Source: Candidatus Nitrosocosmicus sp.
GTDB taxonomy: Archaea > Thermoproteota > Nitrososphaeria > Nitrososphaerales > Nitrososphaeraceae
Length of the DNA: 64,000 bases
Assembly (NCBI GenBank): GCA_029194465.1
Contig: JARFXS010000002.1
Span: 41,413 to 105,412, forward strand
Reading direction: 5' to 3'
The position numbers and the translations under genes were made by a program. The notes beneath the pieces were generated by a model. The model worked only from the letters and a program-made list of their open reading frames with translations, did not search any database and was not told where the DNA came from. Below, in pieces: positions 12,594 through 23,824 of the stretch; the stretch's first letter is position 1; every line of letters begins with the position of its first letter.

Positions 12594-13064
12594 ATGAATA
12601 ACAATAAATCTAATATTTTGGTTCCATTTGATGGGACAGAGTTGTCAGTGAAGGCCTTAGATAAAGCAAGAGATCTTGTAGCGAATCAGAGTTCTACGAT
12701 AATCATTTTATATGTTATTGATGATACAAATTTCTATCCTAAAGAAATTGCAAGATTTATTTCAAAAATGGATGATCTTGACAAGACTAGGCACTATTTC
12801 GAAAATACAATTAGAAAGGGAGCCAAGATAATGATTGAAAAGGAGGTAGAGAGATTAATCCATGAAGGTGTTGTAGCCAAGTCAATAATTCGGGTGGGTC
12901 ATCCCGCAGATGAGATCCTTACCGTATCTAAGGAAGAGAATGCAAGCATGATAGTAATGGGTAGTAGTGGATCATTAAAGAAAAGACATGATAGAAAAGG
13001 CATAGGAAGTATTTCAAGATGGATTTCAGAAGTAGCAACGTGTCCAGTAGTTTTGGTAAGATAA
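12594..13064 (+). CDS. Universal stress protein (UspA family)
   Basis: ILVPFDG, GHPADEI, MIVMGSSG, GSISRWI...CPVVLVR. Confidence 0.93.
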   Translation: MNNNKSNILVPFDGTELSVKALDKARDLVANQSSTIIILYVIDDTNFYPKEIARFISKMDDLDKTRHYFENTIRKGAKIMIEKEVERLIHEGVVAKSIIRVGHPADEILTVSKEENASMIVMGSSGSLKKRHDRKGIGSISRWISEVATCPVVLVR

Positions 13065-13146
13065 CCAAAATATAGTAAATACCGGTAAAAAATGTGTAAA
13101 TATCGATAAATATGTAGTGTTATTACATTTGCTTATATGTCTTGGT

Positions 13147-14483
13147 TGTAATATACAATCTATTATTATGATGTCTTATGAGTTAGATAAATATGATAAA
13201 TTTTCGTTAAAAATTCTAATGGTTTCCACCGAATATCCACCCATTCCCGGAGGTGTTGGGAGGTATGCAAAGAATCTCACAGAGGGATTAAAAAGAGCAG
13301 GTATGAAAGTTTCTGTTTTATGTAACGAGAAGGGAAAAGGAGACTATCATGGTATTGATCCTGAAAATGGCAATAATTCAAGAACAATACTAGATGTAAT
13401 TGATGAATATGTCCCTGATCTTGTGCACATCCAATTGGAACATGGACTTTATGGACAAAAAATGGATACCATCAATCCAAATAAATTAAGTACCAACATA
13501 GATAAATTCTATAAAGAATGTAAAATACCCATAATCACTACATTTCATTCTGCATATCCACTGCGACAATGGATTGAGCTATCAAAACACCCTAATCTTT
13601 TAGATAAAAAAATGATTACTTTTCCGATTAATTTGAGCAAACAAATAATAGCCTATTGGAAACGCTTCATAAACTACCGATCTTTTAATACCGCAAATAA
13701 ACAAAAAATGCATTTGAGTCAGGCCAGCATTGTATTTTCAAATTACTTGGCAAAAATTGATAGCCGAACGATGAAAAATCGTTGAAAAATTTTACTGTCA
13801 TATATCATGGTGCAGAACCAAATTTGAATATGCCCTTAAAGAAAAAAGAGGCTAGAGAGGCATATTCCTTACCACTAAATCGTAAAATAGCTCTATTCTT
13901 TGGATTTATGACTCATACAAAAGGCTGGGACATACTAAATAATTTGGATATTCCAAATGATTGGGCGATGGTAATTAATCAGTCTGAAAATTTATTCAAA
14001 ACGATAAAGCCGTCTTCAATCGAAGGTCATGATAACCAGATAAGAGTTCTTAACACAGAAAGGAAAGATACATCATATAGTAAAATAATTAATTTGAATC
14101 GAGGATTCTTAACAGATAAAGAACTTTCAATTCTTTTTTATGCATGTGACATAATTATCCTTCCTTATACTGTAACTTCAGGTTCGGGGGTAATGTTTGA
14201 TGCACTAGCTCACGGGTTACCATTTATAGCAACTGATTTAGGGTTCTTTAGAGAATTTGCAAATAAAGGACTTGGAATAGTGGTGAAAAGAAGACCTAAC
14301 GAATTTGCCAAAGCAATAAAGAAACTAGGGGCTAATTACTCTCAATATACTAAAAGAATTGATGAATTCAATAAGGAATTAACATGGGATAATGTTGCAT
14401 TGCAGCATTATGCACTTTATACCACTGTTTTAGGCGAGAAAGAGGGAATCAAAAACAATCTATTCCCTTATGTCAGTCCATAA
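13147..14483 (+). CDS. GT4 (GT-B) glycosyltransferase, split by a probable frameshift near 13765
   Basis: N-half EYPPIPGGVGRY, DLVHIQLEHG, TTFH. C-half FFGF..TKG, ACDIIILPY...SGVMFDALAHGLPFIAT. The two ORFs overlap by 4 nt in different frames. Confidence 0.85.
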
Positions 14484-14818
14484 TAGAAGTTTTATAATTT
14501 TCTAAGTTTATTATGACCGACACCTATGTTATATACTCAATGGATTCATACATTAGAAAATAGATTATTTTGTTTAAATCTCTGCTTAGAGCATGAAAAA
14601 ACATGGTTCTGAATTTGGTTTCACTGCATGTCAAATCATTTAATAGATGATGTAAAAGATATTAATTCGAATAGTTACAGAATTACATTTTATATAAAAG
14701 AAAATAATTTACGATGACGGCCGGTGAAATTGTCTTTTTATTTTTATTATATCCTACCATGAAAACAGTTTTCTTAATCCTACACTAGTTCATCAAGATA
14801 ACAACCTTGATACATTAA

Positions 14819-15793
14819 CTATTTTGAAAAATATAATCCACAAGATTCGGTTATCTTAATAGTGGCAACACAGCACACCTTGTCTGCACCACCATAATAA
14901 ACAAAAAGTTCTCCATTGAGAATACAAGCGCCAGTAGGAAAGACCACATTGTTTACATCGCCATATTTCTCATATTGTGTAGTAGGTACTAGAACGGGTT
15001 CTTTGCTTCTACAAATTATTTTATGTGGATCTTCTAAATCTAGAAGTGCAGCCCCAGCACTATAGGTTCTGGATGCACTCACACCATGATATATCACCAA
15101 CCACCCATATTTTGTTCTAATAGGCGGAGAACCAGCACCGATCTTTAATTCTTCCCACTTTTGTTCCGGTTTCATGAGCAAATTATGCGTTGCAAAACTT
15201 GTCAATGTAGTCCCCTCTCCAATCCATATACTGGGTTTATCTATTCCGTATGCGTCACCTACCCATGAACCTGGCCTATGCAAACAGAAATAAGTCATCT
15301 TTTCACTATTGATGGTATTTTTAGATGAAAATTTGGTTGGAAAAAGAACCACATCTTTGTTATCCATCCCTTCATTTGTAATGATGCCCAGTCTTTCAAA
15401 TTTGGAAAAATCTCTAGTAGTTGCTAATGCAGTTGATACCATTGGCCCTTTTGTTGGACGATCAGGTAATACTACATAAGTAATGTAAAATTGATTGTCG
15501 ATTTCGGACAATCGGGGATCTTCGATACCATATTTTTCGTAGTCCACTGTTGGCTCAAACGCTATCCTATCACGTCTACTAAAGAGGTAACCATCATCAC
15601 TAGATGCATAACCTATTCTTGAAAGGTAGTGCTCGTATTCACCGATCGCACGATAAAGCATGTGAATTTTTTTTCCATCATTTAATATGGCACAGTTAAA
15701 AACAGCTTCAGACTCCCACCAGTTATTCTTATTAGGAATAAGTATAGGATTATTTGGATATCTCTTTAGGATTTGAGACTCCTCGGACTTCAA
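14819..15793 (-). CDS. GH130-family glycosidase / mannoside phosphorylase (PH1107-like)
   Basis: NPIL, VFNCA, LYRA, GIEDPR, NKDVVLFP, KIGAG, YHGV, NVVFPTG, YYGGAD. Confidence 0.9.
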   Translation of the reverse strand: MKSEESQILKRYPNNPILIPNKNNWWESEAVFNCAILNDGKKIHMLYRAIGEYEHYLSRIGYASSDDGYLFSRRDRIAFEPTVDYEKYGIEDPRLSEIDNQFYITYVVLPDRPTKGPMVSTALATTRDFSKFERLGIITNEGMDNKDVVLFPTKFSSKNTINSEKMTYFCLHRPGSWVGDAYGIDKPSIWIGEGTTLTSFATHNLLMKPEQKWEELKIGAGSPPIRTKYGWLVIYHGVSASRTYSAGAALLDLEDPHKIICRSKEPVLVPTTQYEKYGDVNNVVFPTGACILNGELFVYYGGADKVCCVATIKITESCGLYFSK

Positions 15794-16147
15794 TTGGATG
15801 AATCATCAAAATAGAATTTGTCTTTTGATATGATGACGTTCAGAATTGCTAGAAGCATTGAATACGGTTATTTTCAAGGTATTTAAATTGCACACTAAAA
15901 GCAACAGTTAATGGAATGTTTGTCTGAGATGGACTTGATATATATTGATAAATAGATGATTTGTCGATTTTAATTAATAAATAAACTAGATACTCATATT
16001 CTGTTTGCATATAGAAAATTTCGGAGAAAATGGCGATAATAATGAGTAGTATGAATCAGAAATATCTCAGAAATGCACCTGTGTTCAAGTAGGAGCAGGT
16101 ACTCCTGTCATTAAATGAGAAAAACGGATAAAGAATAAAATACAATT

Positions 16148-16276
16148 TTAGGTGAATTGTTGGCACTTACAAAATAAACAGCGATGATCATAAAATCTTG
16201 GACCACTGGGTTGTTGTCTAGCCTCATTCTTTGAATGGGTACAATTCTTACACATTAACAATTGAATATTATTCAT
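16148..16276 (-). CDS. 42-aa Cys/His-rich microprotein MNNIQLLMCKNCTHSKNEARQQPSGPRFYDHRCLFCKCQQFT (putative zinc finger)
   Basis: Manual translation ATG 16276 to TAA 16148. Paralog of 8547..8681. Confidence 0.75.
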   Translation of the reverse strand: MNNIQLLMCKNCTHSKNEARQQPSGPRFYDHRCLFCKCQQFT

Positions 16277-16851
16277 GTTACTCACAACTTATGATATACA
16301 TGATACGATATTAAGGATTATCAAGAAAATATTAAATGACATATATAATCAAACTAAATCCAGATATAAAGAATTGCAATTGAACCTAACAAAGATTTCA
16401 TTCACTATCTAACCGTCATCTCATGCAACAATTCTCAAGATTTGGTAATAGCCGTTAATGGTAATGCATAATAATTAGAGGTCAATAGGGCTCAAAACCC
16501 TTTCGTTTCATGGTTTAAGCATACTTGGTTGAAACTTTTGCCCCTATCTTGAATAGATACTGTTTGGACATATTTTACCAGTTCAAAATTTGATGGTCAT
16601 TATGAATGTGCAAGGAATAAAACACAAGATCAAAGAAAAAGTGCGGTGTCAGGGTGATGAGTTTCAAGTTCTGTTTGGAAAAACCTACTCATATACATGT
16701 GTTATAAGCAAGACTAGATCATAATGATAGCGTTACCAAAAGGCGAATAAATATCACTAATATGAAATATAATTCTGTAAACTGGTAAAAATTCTATTTT
16801 TAGAGAAGAAACTATATAAAAATCATGATACTATGAGACAGCGAAGGAGAT

Positions 16852-17211
16852 CTAGTTTGCACGTATCTCTGGAGTTTCATAAAATCTCCTACTAAATTCC
16901 TTAGAGATTTCTTCTTCTTTTATAATCTCTCCTCGTCGTCCAGGAGTTCGCATCATTTGCTGTCTAACACTTCTTCTTTCGTCGTCTAACTCATTAAATC
17001 CTCTTTCCATATCATATATTTGCTGCTTCTTGGTTCTTAGTTCTTGAGAGTATCTTTGGCGAAAAGATGTTTCTACATCTTCAGTTGATTGTTCTTCAGC
17101 AAGGACACCCATACTTTCATTTTTAGTTTGATTGATTAATGTGCTTTTATGAAGAGAATCTAATGACATAAAGGGAAGGTGATTATTATTATAACTTTTT
17201 TCTATTACCAT
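16852..17211 (-). CDS. Small charged hypothetical protein (true start may be near 17113)
   Basis: Protein-like helical composition (FRQRYSQELR...RTPGRRGEIIK). No family recognised. Confidence 0.6.
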   Translation of the reverse strand: MVIEKSYNNNHLPFMSLDSLHKSTLINQTKNESMGVLAEEQSTEDVETSFRQRYSQELRTKKQQIYDMERGFNELDDERRSVRQQMMRTPGRRGEIIKEEEISKEFSRRFYETPEIRAN

Positions 17212-17983
17212 ATTACTATATACATGCCATGGTTCTTAAGTATATTATGATGAATACCGTTTTCAGCTCATGTTAATCATCATTTTGATATCTATTAAAA
17301 ATGATTCCTTCATGTGAACTATTAATCTAATAGTAAACAGCATGATTTGGGACTAGATTAACAAATAAAATAGCTAGGACATAATTGATCATTTGAGTTA
17401 ATCTTTTCAAGACAAAATAGCTGTTTACCGCACCGGATAACATGCTTAATACTATCTAGAGATCATAAATGGTATCCATTTATATCGACATTGCTCGATT
17501 GATGGAAAATGACTTGGGTTTGTTTGAGCGAAAGTTTAGAAAAATGCCTCGATATACCTCCAGAGAGAGATAGAAAGAAACAAACAATTATTGTTGCAGA
17601 TTGAGGTTTCTTACAATTTAGAACAATTTCTTGAATTCTAAATTCCTCCGTGAAGTGGTATAGAAACAAGATATGGAAATAATATAGGGATCATACATTG
17701 TCAATTACCTGTACATTGGATAAAATCCGGGATTTGAACTAAACCAACTATTACGAGTAGAAATGACAAATGACAAACCTTGACCATGAAATATTTCTAT
17801 GTCATTATTGATAATATTATCCAAATAATCCATTAACGATATACTATTTGAATTGGACTTCATTTCGTAAAGGAGATATAGAATGTTTAGCCCTTTTCCA
17901 ATGAGTGCAGATCCACTGAAAAATATCTCCAAATTACAGGTATTATTAATATACTTTGGAATCTATACAATTAATGATTACTA

Positions 17984-18952
17984 TTGGTAGACCTTGTATA
18001 CGGTATGGGTATAACCGATATAATAAAAGACGCTCCTACAATTTTTAGTATCATAAGTAAATATATGTCTATAAAGTTTTTTAAATCTAAACCATTTATC
18101 TATGGTTCTGCAGACATTATCAACGTCTGTAATTTACATTGTTCCCATTGTTACTGGTGGAAAACTAGAAGAAATGAATTAGACGAGTTGAGTTCCGGGG
18201 ACTGGAAAGAAATAATAAAACAGACCTTTAAAAAACATCATGTTTATGTAGTTACACTCGTTGGAGGCGAGCCCATGATGCGCCAAGACATTATAAAGGT
18301 TTTTTGTGACGAGATGCCTAGAAGAATATGTGTAGTAACAAATGGTACTTATCCTTTAGTAAGATTTGACAACCTTTACTTTTATTGGGTATCCCTTGAT
18401 GGTACAGAACAGGTACATGATAGCATTAGAGGAAAAGGCGCTTATGCGAAAACCAAAAAGAATATTTTAGACTATATCTCCGGACCCGATCGCAACGGAA
18501 AACCAGCTTGGAAGGACATTTGGATCACAATGACCATAAATTCTCTAAATTATGCCACCATAGAAAATCTAATTGATGAATGGAAAGATACGATAAATAA
18601 AATAGGGTTTCAATTTCACACCCCCTTTGCAGACAATGATCCACTTTGGTTACCATTCGGTGATACAAGAACGGAAATAATTAATAATATTCAAAGGTTA
18701 AGAACTAAATATCCAGATTTTATCATGAACACAGAAAAGCAACTAGAATTAATGAAAGGAAATTGGGGAGGGATTAAGACTACCCCGGTGGACTGTCCTT
18801 CGTGGGCAATATTATCGTTAGATCATAAAGGAAAGTCAAAACAGCCTTGTTGTATTGGAAGCTCCGATAGTAAAGCAATGAAGCCAATTTGTGAAAAATG
18901 CGGGTTGGGATGTTATTCAATATTAGTTGCTCAAGGATTGAAAAATAATTGA
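17984..18952 (+). CDS. Radical SAM enzyme with a C-terminal Cys cluster (SPASM/twitch-like)
   Basis: CxxxCxxC (CNLHCSHC), GGEP, TNG, VSLDG. C-terminal C...PCC...CEKCGLGC. Confidence 0.9.
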   Translation: MVDLVYGMGITDIIKDAPTIFSIISKYMSIKFFKSKPFIYGSADIINVCNLHCSHCYWWKTRRNELDELSSGDWKEIIKQTFKKHHVYVVTLVGGEPMMRQDIIKVFCDEMPRRICVVTNGTYPLVRFDNLYFYWVSLDGTEQVHDSIRGKGAYAKTKKNILDYISGPDRNGKPAWKDIWITMTINSLNYATIENLIDEWKDTINKIGFQFHTPFADNDPLWLPFGDTRTEIINNIQRLRTKYPDFIMNTEKQLELMKGNWGGIKTTPVDCPSWAILSLDHKGKSKQPCCIGSSDSKAMKPICEKCGLGCYSILVAQGLKNN

Positions 18953-19299
18953 CAATGATTCGCATTTTGGCTTACATTCTCAAAGAATTAAGGATATCCA
19001 ATAACAAAATTCATAGATGTTAACATTTATCATACTCAATTATTAAGTTTCTTTTGATAGATTCATTCCTCATACTCGTATAGGTGTGTCAAATAAGAAA
19101 AGAGGAAACGCATTGCTTAAACTTTGGAAAAATGTCATCCAGCGACAAATAAACAAATTCAGACAAGATCAAACCATATATACATGGAGACCAAACACAC
19201 GAGAAAAATACTATGGATTATCTATTGTTGTCAAGGCAGAAGCATAATGATAAACTATGATGAATAAAATCTATATTACCATTCTCTGATTTCTAAATC

Positions 19300-20037
19300 A
19301 TGACTTTTCTAAGTAGTACACTATTAATGTGTGGATTAATTTTCATAATTTTAACCATTCCTTATAGTCCCGGTCTGCTAAATTTTTCGTTAGCACAAAG
19401 AGGTAATTTTCACTTCGGTAATCAAGACATGGAGAATGCTGGAGGCCAACTAGGTCAAGGTAATGCTGGAGGCCAACTAGGTCAAGGTAATGCTGGAGGC
19501 CAACTAGGTCAAGGTAATGCTGGAGGCCAACTAGGTCAAGGTAATGCTGGAGGCCAACCAGGTCAAGGTAATGCGAAAAGTATTGGAGGTGTAGGTTGTC
19601 CAACTGGTCCCAAAGGCACATCTAATATAGGTTGTTCAGCTGATGCTAATCATGTAAGTAGTTCCACAGATACCACAAATAATATAGTGGTCTCGGGTTC
19701 ATCATCTTCAACTGGTTCATCATCTTCAACTGGTTCATCATCTTCAACTGGTTCATCATCTTCAACTGGTTCATCATCTTTAGATGGAAAAATATACATA
19801 ATTCATGGACCGACTGATAAATCTGGAGGTAATCCTTATTCCTCTACGGCATCTTGCCACAATGGTGACTTGATCTTAGGAGGAGGGTCTATTTATGATA
19901 TTTCTGATGGAAATGTAATTTCTTACTCTGCAATTCCGGATTCTCTTAGCACATTTACCACTAAGATTACCACTAGTTCAAGTTTGGATTCAGCATTAAC
20001 TGTACAGTCATACGCAATATGCTATGACAATTCTTAA
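19300..20037 (+). CDS. Secreted low-complexity protein with Gly/Gln and Ser repeats and a Cys-containing C-terminal domain
   Basis: Signal peptide, NAGGQLGQG x5, GSSSST x4-5, then STASC...ILGGG...SYAIC end domain. Confidence 0.75.
   Translation: MTFLSSTLLMCGLIFIILTIPYSPGLLNFSLAQRGNFHFGNQDMENAGGQLGQGNAGGQLGQGNAGGQLGQGNAGGQLGQGNAGGQPGQGNAKSIGGVGCPTGPKGTSNIGCSADANHVSSSTDTTNNIVVSGSSSSTGSSSSTGSSSSTGSSSSTGSSSLDGKIYIIHGPTDKSGGNPYSSTASCHNGDLILGGGSIYDISDGNVISYSAIPDSLSTFTTKITTSSSLDSALTVQSYAICYDNS
19435..19574 (+). repeat. 27-bp tandem repeat x5 (aatgctggaggccaactaggtcaaggt)
   Basis: Directly visible. In frame within the CDS. Confidence 0.95.
19696..19780 (+). repeat. 18-bp tandem repeat x4.7 (ggttcatcatcttcaact)
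   Basis: Directly visible. Encodes GSSSST. Confidence 0.95.
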
Positions 20038-20452
20038 TATTTCTGGCTTGGGCAGTACAAATCCCAAAACATCAGATTAATTCGTTAGCTTAACTTACAT
20101 CTTGCACCTACCCATGACAATAAAACTAATTCTGAGTATCATCATTTAAGATCACAGGATCATTGTACGACATATCATGACAGCAATAGACACCAAATGA
20201 TATTCATTAGTAGGTCACCCCGGAAATAGTAACCGCTAGCCTATACAGATCGATAGATTTGAAGGAAAGAAATTAGCGATGTCGATATCACTGCCAATGT
20301 AATACAAAGATATCGGACCGTAAGTAACAATGTAAAAAGAAGATAAACAGATTATCAGACTGCAAAGAAGATGAGTAGATATGAATCCATCTCAATTAAC
20401 AAGACCTAAATGATATCTTTATTATAATACGATTTAACTAATTCAATATATC

Positions 20453-20765
20453 ATGGAAAAGAGTCAAAAGATCATCATAATCTTATCTATTCCAATAATC
20501 ATCGTAACTGCAGTAGTAGTAGGATTAATTGCCCCATTCGCTTTTGAAGAACAATGTAAACAAAAGGCCAGTGAAATAATAAATAATTTATTTACACTGG
20601 AAGGAAATAAGGAAAATTTTCTTGCATCTTATGAAAAAGGGACTACATCAAATCAATCCCAGTCGGAATTACAAAAAATTAGATATGGTATTTAGCAATT
20701 GTCCTGACTTAAAATCCATATCTACTAAAGAATCAGAATATGATATTTCTTTTCTACGGAGATAA
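20453..20765 (+). CDS. Small membrane-anchored protein; probable frameshift at the poly-A near 20675 extends it beyond 20695
   Basis: N-terminal TM. The alternate frame continues KLDMVFSNCPDLKS..., supplying a second Cys. Confidence 0.5.
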
Positions 20766-21658
20766 CCTCTCTTTTCAATATTGATATTTTCGAGTATAGA
20801 AAGGATTTGAATTAAAGGGTAGAATCAATATCCATAGGATTACTCTAATCTGATGAAGAAAATCATTGACTATTGGATACACGCTCATTTTCCCCAACTA
20901 ATCGAAACCCAAGGTTGAATTTTTTTTAAGATATTAATTGGTAGTAGAGTTAAACTGCTTATGAATAGACCGAATGATGAATAAATGGCCAATATTGACC
21001 AATGATTTGTCAAAACTATCAATACAAAGACTTCAATCACGCATGTCTTCTGAAAATTGTGTTCTAATATGCGACTCTAAACTTCAGAATGGATAAAATA
21101 TTCAGAATCCTGGTTCCCAATTCTGTAAGTGTACTCAAAAACCCTTGTATTAAGTTTATTTGGAGATAACTTGGAAAGCGGTTAAAATATTTTATATTCC
21201 TCGGACCTCCAATACAATATTATTGTTTCAAATTGCCAATAGATACCAATACCTATAAATATCTGGGATTCATAAACACTCTATGAATAAAACGATTAGA
21301 GAAGTGGCAAAAATAATGGACAACAAGATAAATAGGGATTCCGATTCGATACAATATGAAAGGTTGACCAAAGAACAGGTACAAATAGTTGAAGAATTTG
21401 TAAATGCTTTTAACAAGAGGATATCCATGTTCCTTGTCTCCTAATATACTATGAAAATATTATATCTTCATAATATTGGTAGTATTTCTATATGAAAATT
21501 AACATTTCACTTTAATAAAAACACGTCTCAATCAAGATATTCATTGCTAAATGAGAATAACCTGTTAAAGTTACAACCAGTAAAAAAAAACAATTGAATT
21601 TTATTGTATCCTGGTTTATTATAGATAAATTAGAGCATTTATTATATCAACAAATGAT

Positions 21659-22795
21659 TTGCCATTAAACTATAGATTGTTAATTGTAATCAAACGAAGT
21701 ATTATTATAACATTTAGACATAATTTTATCATTGTGAATCGGAAAAATACACTATCAATTCTATTAGTGTTAGGTATTTTATTTAGCATAATCATCCATA
21801 GTAATACAAATATTAGTCCTGATTCTGCTTTTTACCAAAATCCGTATGGTCACAATTTTCCTCCACATAATTATGCTTCATTTCTCTCGTCTTTAGATCA
21901 ATTTCAGACCGAATCTAATCTTGTTCAGTCAAACCTGGTAAATAATAATATAACTTTGGCTCAAAAACATGCTGATGAAGCTGTTAGTATTTTTTACTGG
22001 GACTTGTTGGTAGAAATAGTTAAACAGGATAAAAAAATTGGAGATGATCTTAAATTAGCAGTAGAAAATTTGCGCAACTTGACATCTTCATTTTCAAATA
22101 CCCCTTCTTCAGTTCAAGGTGAAAAACAAAAACTAGAACAATCAGATCAATTAGTTGCAAGTATCAATACGAATGTAGATAAAGTCATAACTCTAACGGA
22201 AGCTAAAAAACAATCAGAAGATTCTAACTTTCTAAATCAAGTTAGTATGTTCATATCAAATATATTTAGTCCAAAAAAGGATAACAACAGTGGCTCAATC
22301 CATCCTATGAGATTTGCTGATGGAGTAGACGAAGTACTAAGGAATTATGGCGATGCCTATAGTGTTGACTTTGATATGACCGATATGGGAAATATGGGAA
22401 ATATGAACAACGGATCGGTGGTTGAAAATAATAATAGCTATAATTCTAATAGCAATAGTAACATGGATATGAACATGATGATGGATATGCCGCCATCAAT
22501 TAATAATTCAGATACCAATTGGAATACTAATAAATCTATAGTAAATATGGCAAATTATCAGAGTGCAGAAGGCATGGCTGAAAAACTATTGGATATTTTT
22601 AATAAAGAACTTAAACCCATAATATCCCAAAACGGCACTTCCACATATAGTAATAATCTGGAAGACGGTATTATGCAACTTGTAAATTCGATAGAATCCA
22701 AAGTTCCACCAACTGATATAATGATGATCGTTCATACTCAGATTCATCCGAATTTGATAAAAGCTTTTGACTTGCAGATACTTTCAAGTAAGTAA
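21659..22795 (+). CDS. Secreted helical protein with a Met/Asn-rich insert (candidate metal binding)
   Basis: Signal/TM, AQKHADEA, DMTDMGNMGNM...MDMNMMMDM, VHTQIHPNL. Confidence 0.7.
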   Translation: MPLNYRLLIVIKRSIIITFRHNFIIVNRKNTLSILLVLGILFSIIIHSNTNISPDSAFYQNPYGHNFPPHNYASFLSSLDQFQTESNLVQSNLVNNNITLAQKHADEAVSIFYWDLLVEIVKQDKKIGDDLKLAVENLRNLTSSFSNTPSSVQGEKQKLEQSDQLVASINTNVDKVITLTEAKKQSEDSNFLNQVSMFISNIFSPKKDNNSGSIHPMRFADGVDEVLRNYGDAYSVDFDMTDMGNMGNMNNGSVVENNNSYNSNSNSNMDMNMMMDMPPSINNSDTNWNTNKSIVNMANYQSAEGMAEKLLDIFNKELKPIISQNGTSTYSNNLEDGIMQLVNSIESKVPPTDIMMIVHTQIHPNLIKAFDLQILSSK

Positions 22796-23392
22796 TAATC
22801 AGAGGAAAATTTTTATTTTTATTTGATTTAGTATAAGCTACTAAATCATTCATAGTTGCCTTGATTGACCAATAAATGACCTTTGTGGTGCCAATGAATA
22901 ATTAAAATCAGTTGTATAAAATTTTGGTGTTTAGTAGGGATCTCAATTAGGTGTGTAAGAATCTATCAAGCTTGTTGTTAGTGGTAGTATTTTGTATATT
23001 ACATAAGGAATATTAGTATTCTATAACCTAACTTTTTAAGGTCTGGGAGCAGAACGCACCTGACTAACAACTAACCAAGCATTAGTACTCTTATTGTATT
23101 AGAAAAGGCATACAATATTTAATATTGATAAATAACGAAATAATCGGTTTGATTATTTGATTTTTTTTCACTCAAAATATTTTCCCAGTAATTGGTACGT
23201 AATGAGTATGGGAAACAATCTATTAAAACAACAAAAGGAATACGTATAAGTAAAAAAAATAGACGTAGTTTCGATTCACGAATCTTTTGTAAATCAATTA
23301 AATTCATTAATGTTTGAAAAGATCTAGGACATTATGAGAAAACAAAAAAAATAAAAGTTCTGTAGACATATAGATATAACCTTTATTTGAGC

Positions 23393-23824
23393 CTAAGAAT
23401 CTGGGGGGTCCACCCAATTACTGATTGGTTGAGGATAACCACTATCCATCGTTGCGCCCTGACCCACGTAAAATGTAAGGCGAACATATTGGTCGCCTTT
23501 TAGAAGATATAATTTATTATCTTCTTCACTGAGAAATGAAGCATCGATATTCGAGGTAAAATTAATGGGAAGGCCAACCCAATTACTGATTGGTTGAGGA
23601 TAACCACTATCCATCGTTGCGCCCTGACCCACGTAAAATGTAAGGCGAACATATTGGTCGCCTTTTAGAAGATATAATTTATTATCTTCTTCACTGAGAA
23701 ATGAAGCATCGATATTCGAGGTAAAATTTTGAGCTAATAATCCTTTTATTGGTATATTAAACGGTAATACTAGTGACATGATGGCAAGAACTGACAGAAA
23801 TAAAAAGTATTTTTGATACCTCAT
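23393..23824 (-). CDS. Secreted hemopexin-repeat protein with two identical blades
   Basis: Signal peptide, then IDASF...KLYLLKGDQYVR...DSGYPQPISNW twice, the hemopexin blade signature. Confidence 0.85.
   Translation of the reverse strand: MRYQKYFLFLSVLAIMSLVLPFNIPIKGLLAQNFTSNIDASFLSEEDNKLYLLKGDQYVRLTFYVGQGATMDSGYPQPISNWVGLPINFTSNIDASFLSEEDNKLYLLKGDQYVRLTFYVGQGATMDSGYPQPISNWVDPPDS
23412..23728. repeat. Exact 152-bp direct repeat with 165-bp period inside the hemopexin gene
   Basis: 23412-23563 is identical to 23577-23728. Confidence 0.95.

Noticed and set aside
19435..19574. 27-bp repeats as a CRISPR array, or as multi-core RiPP precursor for the upstream radical SAM
   Set aside because: No spacers and in frame within a secreted protein. 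Cores lack typical modifiable residues, and no peptidase, transporter or RRE is nearby.
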